Assembly: GCA_035299525.1 (NCBI GenBank)
Contig: DATGWK010000081.1
Span: 1 to 33,007, forward strand
Length of the DNA: 33,007 nt
Direction of reading: 5' to 3'
Origin: Candidatus Nanoarchaeia archaeon
GTDB lineage: Bacteria > Patescibacteriota > Minisyncoccia > Phycocordibacterales > DATGWK01
Shown here in pieces: positions 1 through 8,173 of this stretch. The notes beneath the pieces were generated by a model, which was given only the letters and a program-made list of their open reading frames with translations, had not been told where the DNA came from and did no database searches. Made by a program: the position numbers and the translations under genes. How positions within the stretch are numbered: the first letter of the stretch is position 1; the number at the start of each line of letters is the position of its first letter.

Positions 1-1
1 G

Positions 2-202
2 TTATCGTGCTACGAACGGAAGGAGACCCATGAATCGAGCTCGCTTGATTGCAAGAGCAAGATCTCGCTGAGACTTTGAACACACACCTGTGCGCTTTCG
101 AGACATCACACGACCGTGTGGGTTAATAAACCTCTTCAAAATATCGACGTCTTTATAGTCGATGTGTTTAATATTGTTTTGGGTAAAAAAGCACTGCTTC
201 AT
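2..202 (-). CDS. rpsR: 30S ribosomal protein S18
   Basis: The 66-aa ORF has the S18 signature (IDYKDVDILKRFINPHGRVMSRKRTGVCSKSQRDLALAIKRARFMGLLPF). It is last in the classic rpsF-ssb-rpsR order. Confidence 0.9.
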   Translation of the reverse strand: MKQCFFTQNNIKHIDYKDVDILKRFINPHGRVMSRKRTGVCSKSQRDLALAIKRARFMGLLPFVAR

Positions 203-222
203 ATGTATTTTGTATATTGTGT

Positions 223-681
223 TTAAAACGGTATATCCTCCGGATTGATATCTTCTGAGGGGTACTCAATGGTATCAATTGACTCGACATTGTCAACCTT
301 TCCAGATTTACCCCCCTTTGCTGCAGCGGCACCAGCAGAAGAACCTTCACCACCGCCTCGTGAACCAAACTGTACTCGATCAGCAATGATTTCAGTTCGG
401 TACTTCTTTTGTCCATCTGTACCATCCCATGATCGTGTCTGCATTCGGCCTTCTACAAGCACAGAACTTCCCTTTTTAAGATACTTGGCTACGTTTTCTG
501 CCTGCTTACCAAACACGACAATATTGTGATAATCGGCACTTTCTTGTTTCTGCTTATTCTTATCGTACCAAACCCGGTTAGTTGCAACGCTAAAGCTTGT
601 AACCTGGATACCGGATGGAAGGGCTTTCGCTTCTGGATCTCTTGTTAAATTCCCGATAACAAATGCCTTGTTTAGATACAT
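223..681 (-). CDS. ssb: single-stranded DNA-binding protein
   Basis: N-terminal OB fold (NKAFVIGNLTRDPE...YHNIVVFGKQAENVAKYLKKGSSVLVEGR), a Gly-rich linker and an acidic C-terminal tip ending DIPF. Confidence 0.9.
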   Translation of the reverse strand: MYLNKAFVIGNLTRDPEAKALPSGIQVTSFSVATNRVWYDKNKQKQESADYHNIVVFGKQAENVAKYLKKGSSVLVEGRMQTRSWDGTDGQKKYRTEIIADRVQFGSRGGGEGSSAGAAAAKGGKSGKVDNVESIDTIEYPSEDINPEDIPF

Positions 682-693
682 ATTGTATTGAAC

Positions 694-1146
694 TTAGTTG
701 ACTAATGTCTCTTCTACCTTTGGAGCCTTTTCTTCAGTAGATTCTTCACCTTCTGCCTTTCGAGCTTCTGCAGCCAACTTGCTGCCATAGAGAGTATTTT
801 CTCGGACTGTCTTGATAACCAAGTGTCGAAGAATCGTAGGTCGAGTATCAAGCGCTTGAGTGATTGGTTTGATTGCAGCAACTGGAAGTTCAAACTTTAC
901 CCAACCGAAGTACGCCTCATTGATCTTCTGGTGTTTTGATTCGAGTACCTTTTCCATTGTGTAGACCAAAGATCGAAGCTTTGGGAATTCTTCTGAAATG
1001 ATTTCTCCCTTATGTGAAGTGATCATATCGTTGAGCCAAGAAACCTCTTGAGTAAGGTTATCCTCTGCTACGGTTGGCATAATCAAATAGCCCACTTCGT
1101 AGACATGCATTTTCTCGCCTGTTGTTTTGTTTTCAGTTGCTTTCAT
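694..1146 (-). CDS. rpsF: 30S ribosomal protein S6
   Basis: S6-like core (MHVYEVGYLIMP...) located upstream of ssb and rpsR. The start is ambiguous: ATG at 1146, ATG at 1110, or TTG at 1155. Confidence 0.8.
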   Translation of the reverse strand: MKATENKTTGEKMHVYEVGYLIMPTVAEDNLTQEVSWLNDMITSHKGEIISEEFPKLRSLVYTMEKVLESKHQKINEAYFGWVKFELPVAAIKPITQALDTRPTILRHLVIKTVRENTLYGSKLAAEARKAEGEESTEEKAPKVEETLVN

Positions 1147-1270
1147 TCGTATCAATCACCCTTAATTAGTATAAAGGCTCCACTTCAAGAATCTCTTAAG
1201 AAATCCTATAGAGAACCGTTAGGGTTGTCCTAGATTATCATAAGCGGGTTTGGGGCGCAATATCGAGGTT

Positions 1271-2053
1271 TTAGGCCAATTTAAAGGCCTTTATCGCATT
1301 GTCTACCATGGCCTTCTGGACTATTCCAGCCTCCAGCCCCTTGATTTCAGCTAGCTTAGCTACTATTTCTTTCACATATCCCGGTTCATTACGCTTTCCA
1401 CGGTATGGAACTGGAGCGGCAAAGGGTGCATCTGTCTCAGCCATAAGCATTTCCAGAGGGGCTTGCTTGATTACTTCATCGTAATCCCGAGCAAATGTGA
1501 TTGGACCATCAAAAGAGATCGTGAAACCAAGAGCAAAAAACTTTTGCGCTACTTCCCAATTCCCGGCAAAGAAATGGATGTTGCCTCGAAGCCGTTCCCC
1601 TAGCTTGTGATCAGTTTTGTAAGCAGAAAGAACTTGAAGACATTCTTCGTACGCATTTCGACAATGAATCATGAGTGGTTTGTCGTGTTTGAGAGCAATT
1701 TCGATCTGTTTAGCAAAAAGAATTCCCTGCTTTCTTTTTGACTCCTCGTCAGCACCTGATCGAAAGAAATCTAAACCACATTCACCTATTGCGACAACTC
1801 TTTTGTGAGATGCGAGTACATCGAGCTCTGGAATATCAGCATCAGTCCATTCATGGGTCGGATGAATACCAACTGTAGCAAACAAATGATCATGTTTCTC
1901 AGCTAATGCAATAGCAGATTTTGAATCCTTCACATCTGTTCCAACTGTAATTGTCCAAATCCTATCTTCTTTGAGCTTCGCAATAACAGCATCTCGGTCT
2001 GAATCGAAGTTCTCGAAGTTCAAATGAGAATGAATGTCGATATAGTTGGGCAT
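1271..2053 (-). CDS. tatD: TatD-family metal-dependent hydrolase/DNase
   Basis: IDIHSHLNF N-terminal metal motif and TIM-barrel TatD pattern (GECGLDF, MIHCR, ETDAPF). Its start overlaps the metG stop. Confidence 0.85.
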   Translation of the reverse strand: MPNYIDIHSHLNFENFDSDRDAVIAKLKEDRIWTITVGTDVKDSKSAIALAEKHDHLFATVGIHPTHEWTDADIPELDVLASHKRVVAIGECGLDFFRSGADEESKRKQGILFAKQIEIALKHDKPLMIHCRNAYEECLQVLSAYKTDHKLGERLRGNIHFFAGNWEVAQKFFALGFTISFDGPITFARDYDEVIKQAPLEMLMAETDAPFAAPVPYRGKRNEPGYVKEIVAKLAEIKGLEAGIVQKAMVDNAIKAFKLA

Positions 2054-3528
2054 CAGCGTCTGAGAAAAATTGGAGCAGAAGGAGTCTTGTTCCCCCTTAC
2101 CAACTCCCTAATAGTGTCTGATGTCTCTGGCATGATGGGCGCAAGCATTTTACCGATTGCGTATAACTCGATTACAAGTTCCTTAATGATTGAGATCGCT
2201 TTTTGTTCATCTGTTTTAATCAATTTGAATGGTTCGGTTGTTTGGATTCTCGCATCAAGTTTACCAACTCGCTCCCAGATAATGTCGGCAGCCTTTTTAA
2301 TATCAAATTCTTCTAAGGCTTTTTTAAAATCATTCGGTAGATCTGACTTTGGTAACGAAACTGGCCCAGGAAGGTTTTTCTCAGCCATTTTCATTATTCG
2401 ACTCACAAGGTTTCCAAGACCGTTCGCCAAGTGAGAATTATATGCGTCTTTAAACTTATCCATCGTAAAATCACTGTCTTCAAACGGATGGAGTTCTCGT
2501 GCAACAAAGTAACGGAATGATTCGACTCCGAATTCTTCTACAACAGCAACTGGATTAATAACATTTCCTTCGCTCTTAGACATCTTCTTACCACCGCTTG
2601 TGATAAAACCATCGATTACGATCGTCTGTGATGGAGTAAGGCCCGCTGACATGAGCATCGCCTGCCACATTGCTGATTGCTGACGGAGATTGTCTTTACC
2701 ACAATACTGAACCACACCGCCGGACTCAACCCACCATTTCTGAAATTTCGCCATATCAGTCGGCCAGCCCACCGCAGAAATATAGTTTACAAGCGCATCA
2801 AACCAGACATACATAACTTGCTTTTCATCACCGGGAACAGGAATACCCCATGGCATCTTTGAAGCCAAGCGAGAAATACTAAAATCTTCCAAACCTCGTT
2901 CCACAAATGCCCTAATTTCCCCCATCCTTCCTTGTGGTATGACAAGCTTTGAGTTTTTCTTATACAGATCTAAAAGTGGTTTCTGATACTTAGAAAATCT
3001 GAAAAAATAGTTTTCTTCTTCGATAATTTCTAATTCGGTGTTCGGATGAATTGGACAACGACCATCAACAAGCTCTGATTCTGTTTTCTCAAGCTCGCAA
3101 CCAACACAGTACTTAACCTTGTAGTTCTTTTTATAGATATCTCCATTTTTGTCGCAGATTTTCCAGAACTCCTGTGCGGCACGCATGTGGTGATCGTCCG
3201 TAGTGCGAATGAAGTTAACATCATTACTGATATTAAGTACCGGCATCAGTTTCTTAAACTTTTCTGCATACTCGTCGACATATTCCTGCGGAGATTTTCC
3301 ATTCTCCTGCGCCTTGCGATAGATCTTAATACCATGCTCGTCGGTTCCTGTATTAAAAAATACTTCGCGCCCAACAAGTTTCTGATATCGGGCAATAATG
3401 TCGGCACGAACAATTTCCATGCCAAAACCCACATGAGGATCAGAATTCACGTATGGCAAAGTCGTCGTAATGTAAAACGGCTGCTTACCATGCACATTTA
3501 ATAGGGCTTTTTTAAAAAAATTAAACAT
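2053..3528 (-). CDS. metG: methionyl-tRNA synthetase (short form, no C-terminal tRNA-binding domain)
   Basis: Class I motifs: PYVNSDPHVGF (HIGH-type) and KMSKS, plus a CxxC...C Zn knuckle (YCVGCE...GRCP). Confidence 0.95.
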   Translation of the reverse strand: MFNFFKKALLNVHGKQPFYITTTLPYVNSDPHVGFGMEIVRADIIARYQKLVGREVFFNTGTDEHGIKIYRKAQENGKSPQEYVDEYAEKFKKLMPVLNISNDVNFIRTTDDHHMRAAQEFWKICDKNGDIYKKNYKVKYCVGCELEKTESELVDGRCPIHPNTELEIIEEENYFFRFSKYQKPLLDLYKKNSKLVIPQGRMGEIRAFVERGLEDFSISRLASKMPWGIPVPGDEKQVMYVWFDALVNYISAVGWPTDMAKFQKWWVESGGVVQYCGKDNLRQQSAMWQAMLMSAGLTPSQTIVIDGFITSGGKKMSKSEGNVINPVAVVEEFGVESFRYFVARELHPFEDSDFTMDKFKDAYNSHLANGLGNLVSRIMKMAEKNLPGPVSLPKSDLPNDFKKALEEFDIKKAADIIWERVGKLDARIQTTEPFKLIKTDEQKAISIIKELVIELYAIGKMLAPIMPETSDTIRELVRGNKTPSAPIFLRR

Positions 3529-3539
3529 ATTGTGAGAGA

Positions 3540-4610
3540 TTATTTTGTTTTTTCTTCTTCTGCGCGATTGCGTTCAAGATCATGGAAGAGTTCCATAATA
3601 ATTGTTGCAATCGGAACTGCAATGAGAATACCGAGAAATCCTGCAAGCTTGGCACCAATGACCAATGCAAGAATGGAAATAATAGGCGGAACACCAATAA
3701 CCTTCTTTACAACAAGTGGGTAGATAAGCTGACTTTCAAACTGTTGAATAATCACATAAAACCCCGTAACAACTAGCGCCATAGTTACTCCACCAGTTGA
3801 ATAGCCGAAGAAGATTGCAGGTATTGCTGCCATAATCGGACCAAATAATGGAATAAGCTCAAAAATACCGGCAAGGAATGCAAGGAGAATTGCATGCTTA
3901 ACTCCAAGCAGTGTAAGGATAAGGTACACAAGTACCGCAACTATCACACCAAGCAACAACTGCCCCTGAAGCCACAGACCAATCTTTTGTTCTGCTCGAT
4001 TCCAAAGACCAATAACATATCGACGATGAGTCGAAGGAATAATGATTCGGAGAAAATTTGTAATTCCACCGGCCTGAACTGACAAATAGAACGAAAGAAC
4101 AACGATAAGAATAAAGTTCAAGAGACCACCAAGTACCAAGCTCGCTGTTGTGAATGCGTTTTGTGACAACGCGATCATCAAATTGTTTGCCTTCACTAAA
4201 ATTTCGGATACTGGAAGGTTATCGATAATACCAGAGAATGACGGGTCAAGACCTGGAATACTTCCCCCCAACCCAGTCTGAGGTATGCCGGATGCAGCCA
4301 GTGTTGTAGTTAGTTCTTGTATTTCACTAAGAAGTGGCAAAAGGAGGAAGTAGAAGGTTCCTACGAATACAATTGCAACGCCGGCATAGATAAGAAGCAC
4401 TGCGATAATTCGAGGAATTCTACGCTCAATAAACCACTTAACCATTGGCTCTATTGAAGAGGCGATGATTACCGAAGAGACAATAACAAGTACGATATCA
4501 AACAGATAAAACACGAGCCAGTAGAAAAGAAGACCGAGAAAAGCGATTTTGAGGATTGTAGTAGCGCTAACCGTTATCCTGGAAGTAGGAAGAGTTGGAT
4601 ATTCCATCAC
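3540..4610 (-). CDS. AI-2E family (PerM-like) membrane transporter
   Basis: 356-aa polytopic membrane protein with AI-2E-like helix spacing and conserved C-terminal segments (ELIPLFGP..., PPIISILALVIG). Confidence 0.75.
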   Translation of the reverse strand: MMEYPTLPTSRITVSATTILKIAFLGLLFYWLVFYLFDIVLVIVSSVIIASSIEPMVKWFIERRIPRIIAVLLIYAGVAIVFVGTFYFLLLPLLSEIQELTTTLAASGIPQTGLGGSIPGLDPSFSGIIDNLPVSEILVKANNLMIALSQNAFTTASLVLGGLLNFILIVVLSFYLSVQAGGITNFLRIIIPSTHRRYVIGLWNRAEQKIGLWLQGQLLLGVIVAVLVYLILTLLGVKHAILLAFLAGIFELIPLFGPIMAAIPAIFFGYSTGGVTMALVVTGFYVIIQQFESQLIYPLVVKKVIGVPPIISILALVIGAKLAGFLGILIAVPIATIIMELFHDLERNRAEEEKTK

Positions 4611-4643
4611 ACAATCATAGCACTACGTCTTGGAAGCACAATA

Positions 4644-5927
4644 TTAATTCTTTTTGAAGGTAAGAACCTGTTTTAGTTTTTGCTTATCAGCTTCTTTTAC
4701 ATCACCAATAACGGCAAAATTAAGTCGAGAATCGACAAATAACTCCTGTGCAATTTTCTGCACTTCCCTTGGAGTTACTTTTTCAATCTTTGTCACAACC
4801 TCTGAGGGCTTCTTTACTTCCCTTCGAAGCACTTCCTGCATACCCACATATTCTGCATTGGCATCTGAAGATTCCAGACCGAGGAACAAATTTCCGGTGA
4901 TGTAGTCCTTCGTTTTTCGAAGTTCAACAGCGCCAAGAGGCTCATCAATAAACTTTCGACATTCTTCAATGATGGCTTGCACTGATTCAATAAGACGATT
5001 CTTATCAACGCCGGCAGAAATAGTAAACATTCCGTGATCTGTAAACTCATCTGTGCCTGCTCGAACGTAATAACACACCCCCATCTGATCTCGCATTCTG
5101 TAGAAAAGTCTTGAACTCATACCTCCACCAAGAGCCGTTGCAAGAACTCGTAGCGCAGGAAGCCGTTTATCATTAACATCGAAAGAACGGACACCGAGCA
5201 CGAGGTGCATTTGATCTGTCTTCTTATCCTTGATCACGAGTGCGGGTTCAGTTTGACTTTCTTTTACTCTTTCTTTGTCATGTTTTTTGGCAGTGCTAAT
5301 AGAAGAGAAGGCGTCGGTTACCAACTTCCTAACTTTCTCTTCATCAATCTTTCCAGCAACAATAACGATTGTTCCTCTTGCAACGTAGTGTTTATCTCGA
5401 TACTGAACAAAGTGATCACGAGTCATCGCCCGAACATTCTCTCGTGAACCCGCGATTTCCCAACCAGCGGGCTGGTCCCCATAGAGCAACTCGGAAAAAA
5501 CATCATGAATATGTCGTTGGGGCATATCTTCGTACATATTGATCTCTTCTACGATAACCCCCTTCTCTTTTTCGATTTCCTTTTCATCAAATATCGGATT
5601 CACGTACATGTCCGCAATAATATTGATGAGCTGTGGCAGTTTTTTTGCCTGCGCTTTTGCGTAGTAGCCCGTGAACTCTTGAGAAGTGAATGCGTTGTAC
5701 TGCGCACCGAGAGAATCAAGTTCATGACTAATGTCTGATGCCCTTGGTCGGTTTACAGTTCCCTTGAAACACATGTGTTCAAGAAAGTGTGAGAGGCCGT
5801 TAATATCTTTTGTTTCGTATTTAGAACCTGCCTCCACAAGAACAAGCACTGTTGCCGTCGGTGTGTCTTTCATCGGGACAGTAATAATTCGAAGGCCGTT
5901 TTTAAGAGTTTGTTTTTTGAAATTCAT
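4644..5927 (-). CDS. M16-family zinc peptidase (insulinase/pitrilysin-like)
   Basis: Inverted zinc motif HFLEH followed by MCFKGT. The 427-aa length fits a two-domain M16 protein. Confidence 0.85.
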   Translation of the reverse strand: MNFKKQTLKNGLRIITVPMKDTPTATVLVLVEAGSKYETKDINGLSHFLEHMCFKGTVNRPRASDISHELDSLGAQYNAFTSQEFTGYYAKAQAKKLPQLINIIADMYVNPIFDEKEIEKEKGVIVEEINMYEDMPQRHIHDVFSELLYGDQPAGWEIAGSRENVRAMTRDHFVQYRDKHYVARGTIVIVAGKIDEEKVRKLVTDAFSSISTAKKHDKERVKESQTEPALVIKDKKTDQMHLVLGVRSFDVNDKRLPALRVLATALGGGMSSRLFYRMRDQMGVCYYVRAGTDEFTDHGMFTISAGVDKNRLIESVQAIIEECRKFIDEPLGAVELRKTKDYITGNLFLGLESSDANAEYVGMQEVLRREVKKPSEVVTKIEKVTPREVQKIAQELFVDSRLNFAVIGDVKEADKQKLKQVLTFKKN

Positions 5928-5933
5928 GAACGG

Positions 5934-5942
5934 AGTTTACCA
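5934..5942 (-). promoter_or_regulatory. extended -10 promoter element (TGgTAAACT) 6 nt upstream of the M16 peptidase ATG
   Basis: The minus strand reads TGGTAAACT-ccgttc-ATG, with no SD motif. This implies a leaderless transcript. Confidence 0.4.
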
Positions 5943-5956
5943 CAGATTTTTTGTAT

Positions 5957-5990
5957 AAAAAAAGAGGCCCCTCGCATACACAAAGGGGCC
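5957..5990 (-). terminator. intrinsic terminator of the GC-rich 197-aa ORF
   Basis: The minus strand reads GGCCCCT-11 nt loop-AGGGGCC followed by TC and T7. It lies 15 nt after the ORF stop. Confidence 0.6.
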
Positions 5991-6004
5991 CCTGAACACA
6001 ATGA

Positions 6005-6598
6005 TCATGATGAGGTTGCTTCAGTGTCGACCGAGTCACACACCTGTCCAACACAGAGCTGGGCTGCTTTGGCAGTGGCTGGCAAGATGAGCTTGCTGCC
6101 CGGCCGAAGCACGAAACAACTTTTGGTACTGAACAGTTCGATCAGCCACCCTCCCGGAGTGGTGGTCCGCCAGTGGGCACTTAGGACTGACAGTTCATCC
6201 TGAATCGACACAAATCCCTGCACGAGCCTTCCATCGACCGGCAACACCCCTCGTTGTCCCCTCGCCTGCTTGTGCAGATAGGAACAAAAGATGTTGAAAG
6301 TGATGAGAGCATGCCCAACCTCACGAAAAACTTCAACAGGCATGAATTCGGCAGCCATGGTACGAAGCACCGTCTTGCACTCACAGCTCGGAGGCTCAAT
6401 ATGCCCCCGAGAAGTCGGCGTCGGGAAACACATACCCTGTAGGCGTGGACCGATCTCTGAGATGATGTCGGGGTTGATTCCAATCTCTTGCCTGACGTTA
6501 AACGGAGTTTTCCGTTCGGGCACGAGGCACGAGAGCCCATCGTCCCTGAACATATGAACAGCCTTCATCCTTGATTTTGGCATCATCACGCTCGACAT
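6005..6598 (-). CDS. hypothetical protein, GC-rich orphan (His/Cys-rich centre)
   Basis: 197-codon ORF in a segment clearly more GC-rich than its flanks, with G/C-ending codons predominating. GAGGA lies upstream of the ATG. The ORF has its own promoter and terminator. I recognised no family. Confidence 0.55.
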   Translation of the reverse strand: MSSVMMPKSRMKAVHMFRDDGLSCLVPERKTPFNVRQEIGINPDIISEIGPRLQGMCFPTPTSRGHIEPPSCECKTVLRTMAAEFMPVEVFREVGHALITFNIFCSYLHKQARGQRGVLPVDGRLVQGFVSIQDELSVLSAHWRTTTPGGWLIELFSTKSCFVLRPGSKLILPATAKAAQLCVGQVCDSVDTEATSS

Positions 6599-6652
6599 AA
6601 ATGGATTCGTCCTCTTCTGAAAAGTTTGATCATTGAGCGATAAACCACATCG

Positions 6653-6749
6653 GTTTCGCTATAATCTACAAGGGTTTACCCCAAGACCCAAAAGAGTCAA
6701 AAAATCCCCGCATTCGGGGTTAAGCAACCGCTGTAGGTTATAGCGAAAC
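6653..6749 (-). promoter_or_regulatory. structured 5' leader of the 197-aa ORF (18-bp closing stem, internal terminator-like hairpin)
   Basis: 6653-6670 pairs with 6732-6749 (18 bp with one G-U). Inside, the minus strand reads CCCCGAATGCGGGG followed by A and T6 (6699-6719). Confidence 0.4.
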
Positions 6750-6774
6750 GTCATCTAAAGAACGTACCTATAAT

Positions 6775-6803
6775 ATTGTAATATAACTAGCATATTTGGT
6801 CAA
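6775..6803 (-). promoter_or_regulatory. sigma70-like promoter TTGACC-17-TACAAT
   Basis: On the minus strand the -35 TTGACC is at 6798-6803 and the -10 TACAAT at 6775-6780, with a 17-nt spacer. It sits between the glyQS terminator and the structured leader. Confidence 0.5.
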
Positions 6804-6810
6804 GGTTACA

Positions 6811-6832
6811 AAAATGGCCCAAAATAAGGCCA
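6811..6832 (-). terminator. intrinsic terminator after glyQS
   Basis: The minus strand reads TGGCC-loop-GGCCA followed by TTTT. It lies about 30 nt after the glyQS stop. Confidence 0.5.
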
Positions 6833-6860
6833 CAATTGATATTTTCTAGATTTATTTGGA

Positions 6861-8171
6861 TTACGAGAGCTTTTGGAGCAGGTCCGGGATCTTCACTCGT
6901 TCTTGCTTACCAGTATCTCGATCTCGAAGGGTTACCGCATCGTCCTTCTCTACTGTATCGAAATCGATTGTTACGCAGTAAGGGGTACCGATTTCATCCT
7001 GACGTCGGTATCGCTTACCAATGTTGCCATTATCGTCAAATACCGTGTTTGGAATTTCTTTTTTGATCATTGCAAATACAGACTTTGCTTTTTCAATAAG
7101 CTGAGGCTTATTTTTGAGCAAAGGAAACACTGCAACTCGAACGGGAGCAATATGTGCGGGGATCTTAAGGAACACTCGTGTTTCCTCTCCCATTGTGTCT
7201 TCGCTATATGCTTCGCTCAATACTGCGAGCACCGTTCGATCGAGGCCAAATGTCGGTTCGATAACATGAGGAATAAATCGCACTTTGGTTTCTTCGTCGA
7301 AGTATGAAAGATCAACACCACTCGCTTCTGAATGATTCTTCAAATCGAAATCGGTTCGATATGCAATACCGTAGAGTTCTTTTTTTCCAAAAGGAAATTC
7401 GTATTCGAAATCAATCGTTTTGTCAGAGTAATGAGCTCGTTCACCATCTGGAACGTCGAGTTCATGAACTTTTTTAGGATCCAAACCAATATCATTCATC
7501 CATTGGATCATTTCTTTTCTCCAATATTCAAAGTGTTCCTTCCAATCCTTTTTAGGAACAAAATATTCGATTTCCATTTGTTCGAACTCTCGTGCTCGGA
7601 AAATAAAGTCCCTAGGGGCAATTTCATTTCGAAATGCCTTACCAATTTGTGCGAGACCGAATGGAAGCTTTGGATGGAATGAATCAATCACATTTTTGAA
7701 ATTCACGAACATACCCTGAGCAGTTTCGGGTCGAAGATACGAAACAGAGGTTTCATCTTCCATTGCACCAACATGGGTCTTGAACATCATGTTGAACTGG
7801 CGCGGCTCACCGAGCTTACCGCCACATTCTGGACACTTGGTCTTATCTCCTTCTATGTGATCAGCTCGGAAACGTCGTTTACATTTTGAACATTCAACTA
7901 GTGGATCTGAGAAACCTGAAACGTGACCGCTTGCCTGCCAGACTTTCTGATTCATGAGGAGGGCAGCATCAATACCGTACATATCGTCTCGACTTTCTAC
8001 GAATCGTGACCACCACAATTTCTTAATATTATTTTTGAGAGCTACACCCAAAGGACCCCAGTCCCATGTACCAGAAAGACCTCCGTAAATTTCTGAACCC
8101 TGAAAAATAAAACCGCGTCGCTTAGCGAGCGAAATGATATTTTCCATTCTGCTGTCTTTGTTTTCTGCCAT
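6861..8171 (-). CDS. glyQS: glycyl-tRNA synthetase (dimeric class II, GlyQS type)
   Basis: Typical N-terminus (RRGFIFQGSEIYGGLSGTWDWGPLG), class II motifs (FRNEISPR-like FRNEIAPRDFIFRAREFEQMEIEYF) and a C-terminal anticodon-binding domain. Confidence 0.95.
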   Translation of the reverse strand: MAENKDSRMENIISLAKRRGFIFQGSEIYGGLSGTWDWGPLGVALKNNIKKLWWSRFVESRDDMYGIDAALLMNQKVWQASGHVSGFSDPLVECSKCKRRFRADHIEGDKTKCPECGGKLGEPRQFNMMFKTHVGAMEDETSVSYLRPETAQGMFVNFKNVIDSFHPKLPFGLAQIGKAFRNEIAPRDFIFRAREFEQMEIEYFVPKKDWKEHFEYWRKEMIQWMNDIGLDPKKVHELDVPDGERAHYSDKTIDFEYEFPFGKKELYGIAYRTDFDLKNHSEASGVDLSYFDEETKVRFIPHVIEPTFGLDRTVLAVLSEAYSEDTMGEETRVFLKIPAHIAPVRVAVFPLLKNKPQLIEKAKSVFAMIKKEIPNTVFDDNGNIGKRYRRQDEIGTPYCVTIDFDTVEKDDAVTLRDRDTGKQERVKIPDLLQKLS

Positions 8172-8173
8172 AT

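Noticed and set aside
6374-6406. HIE...SCEC in the 197-aa orphan protein as a cytidine-deaminase-like HxE/PCxxC zinc site.
   Set aside because: The two motifs are only 3 residues apart instead of about 25-30, and the second is CxC rather than PCxxC. This is not compatible with the deaminase fold.
6005-6598. The GC-rich island as a large structured ncRNA rather than a protein gene.
   Set aside because: A 197-codon open frame with a clear excess of G/C-ending codons, an upstream GAGGA and a downstream terminator favours coding. I recognised no RNase P, group I/II intron or other large-RNA signature.
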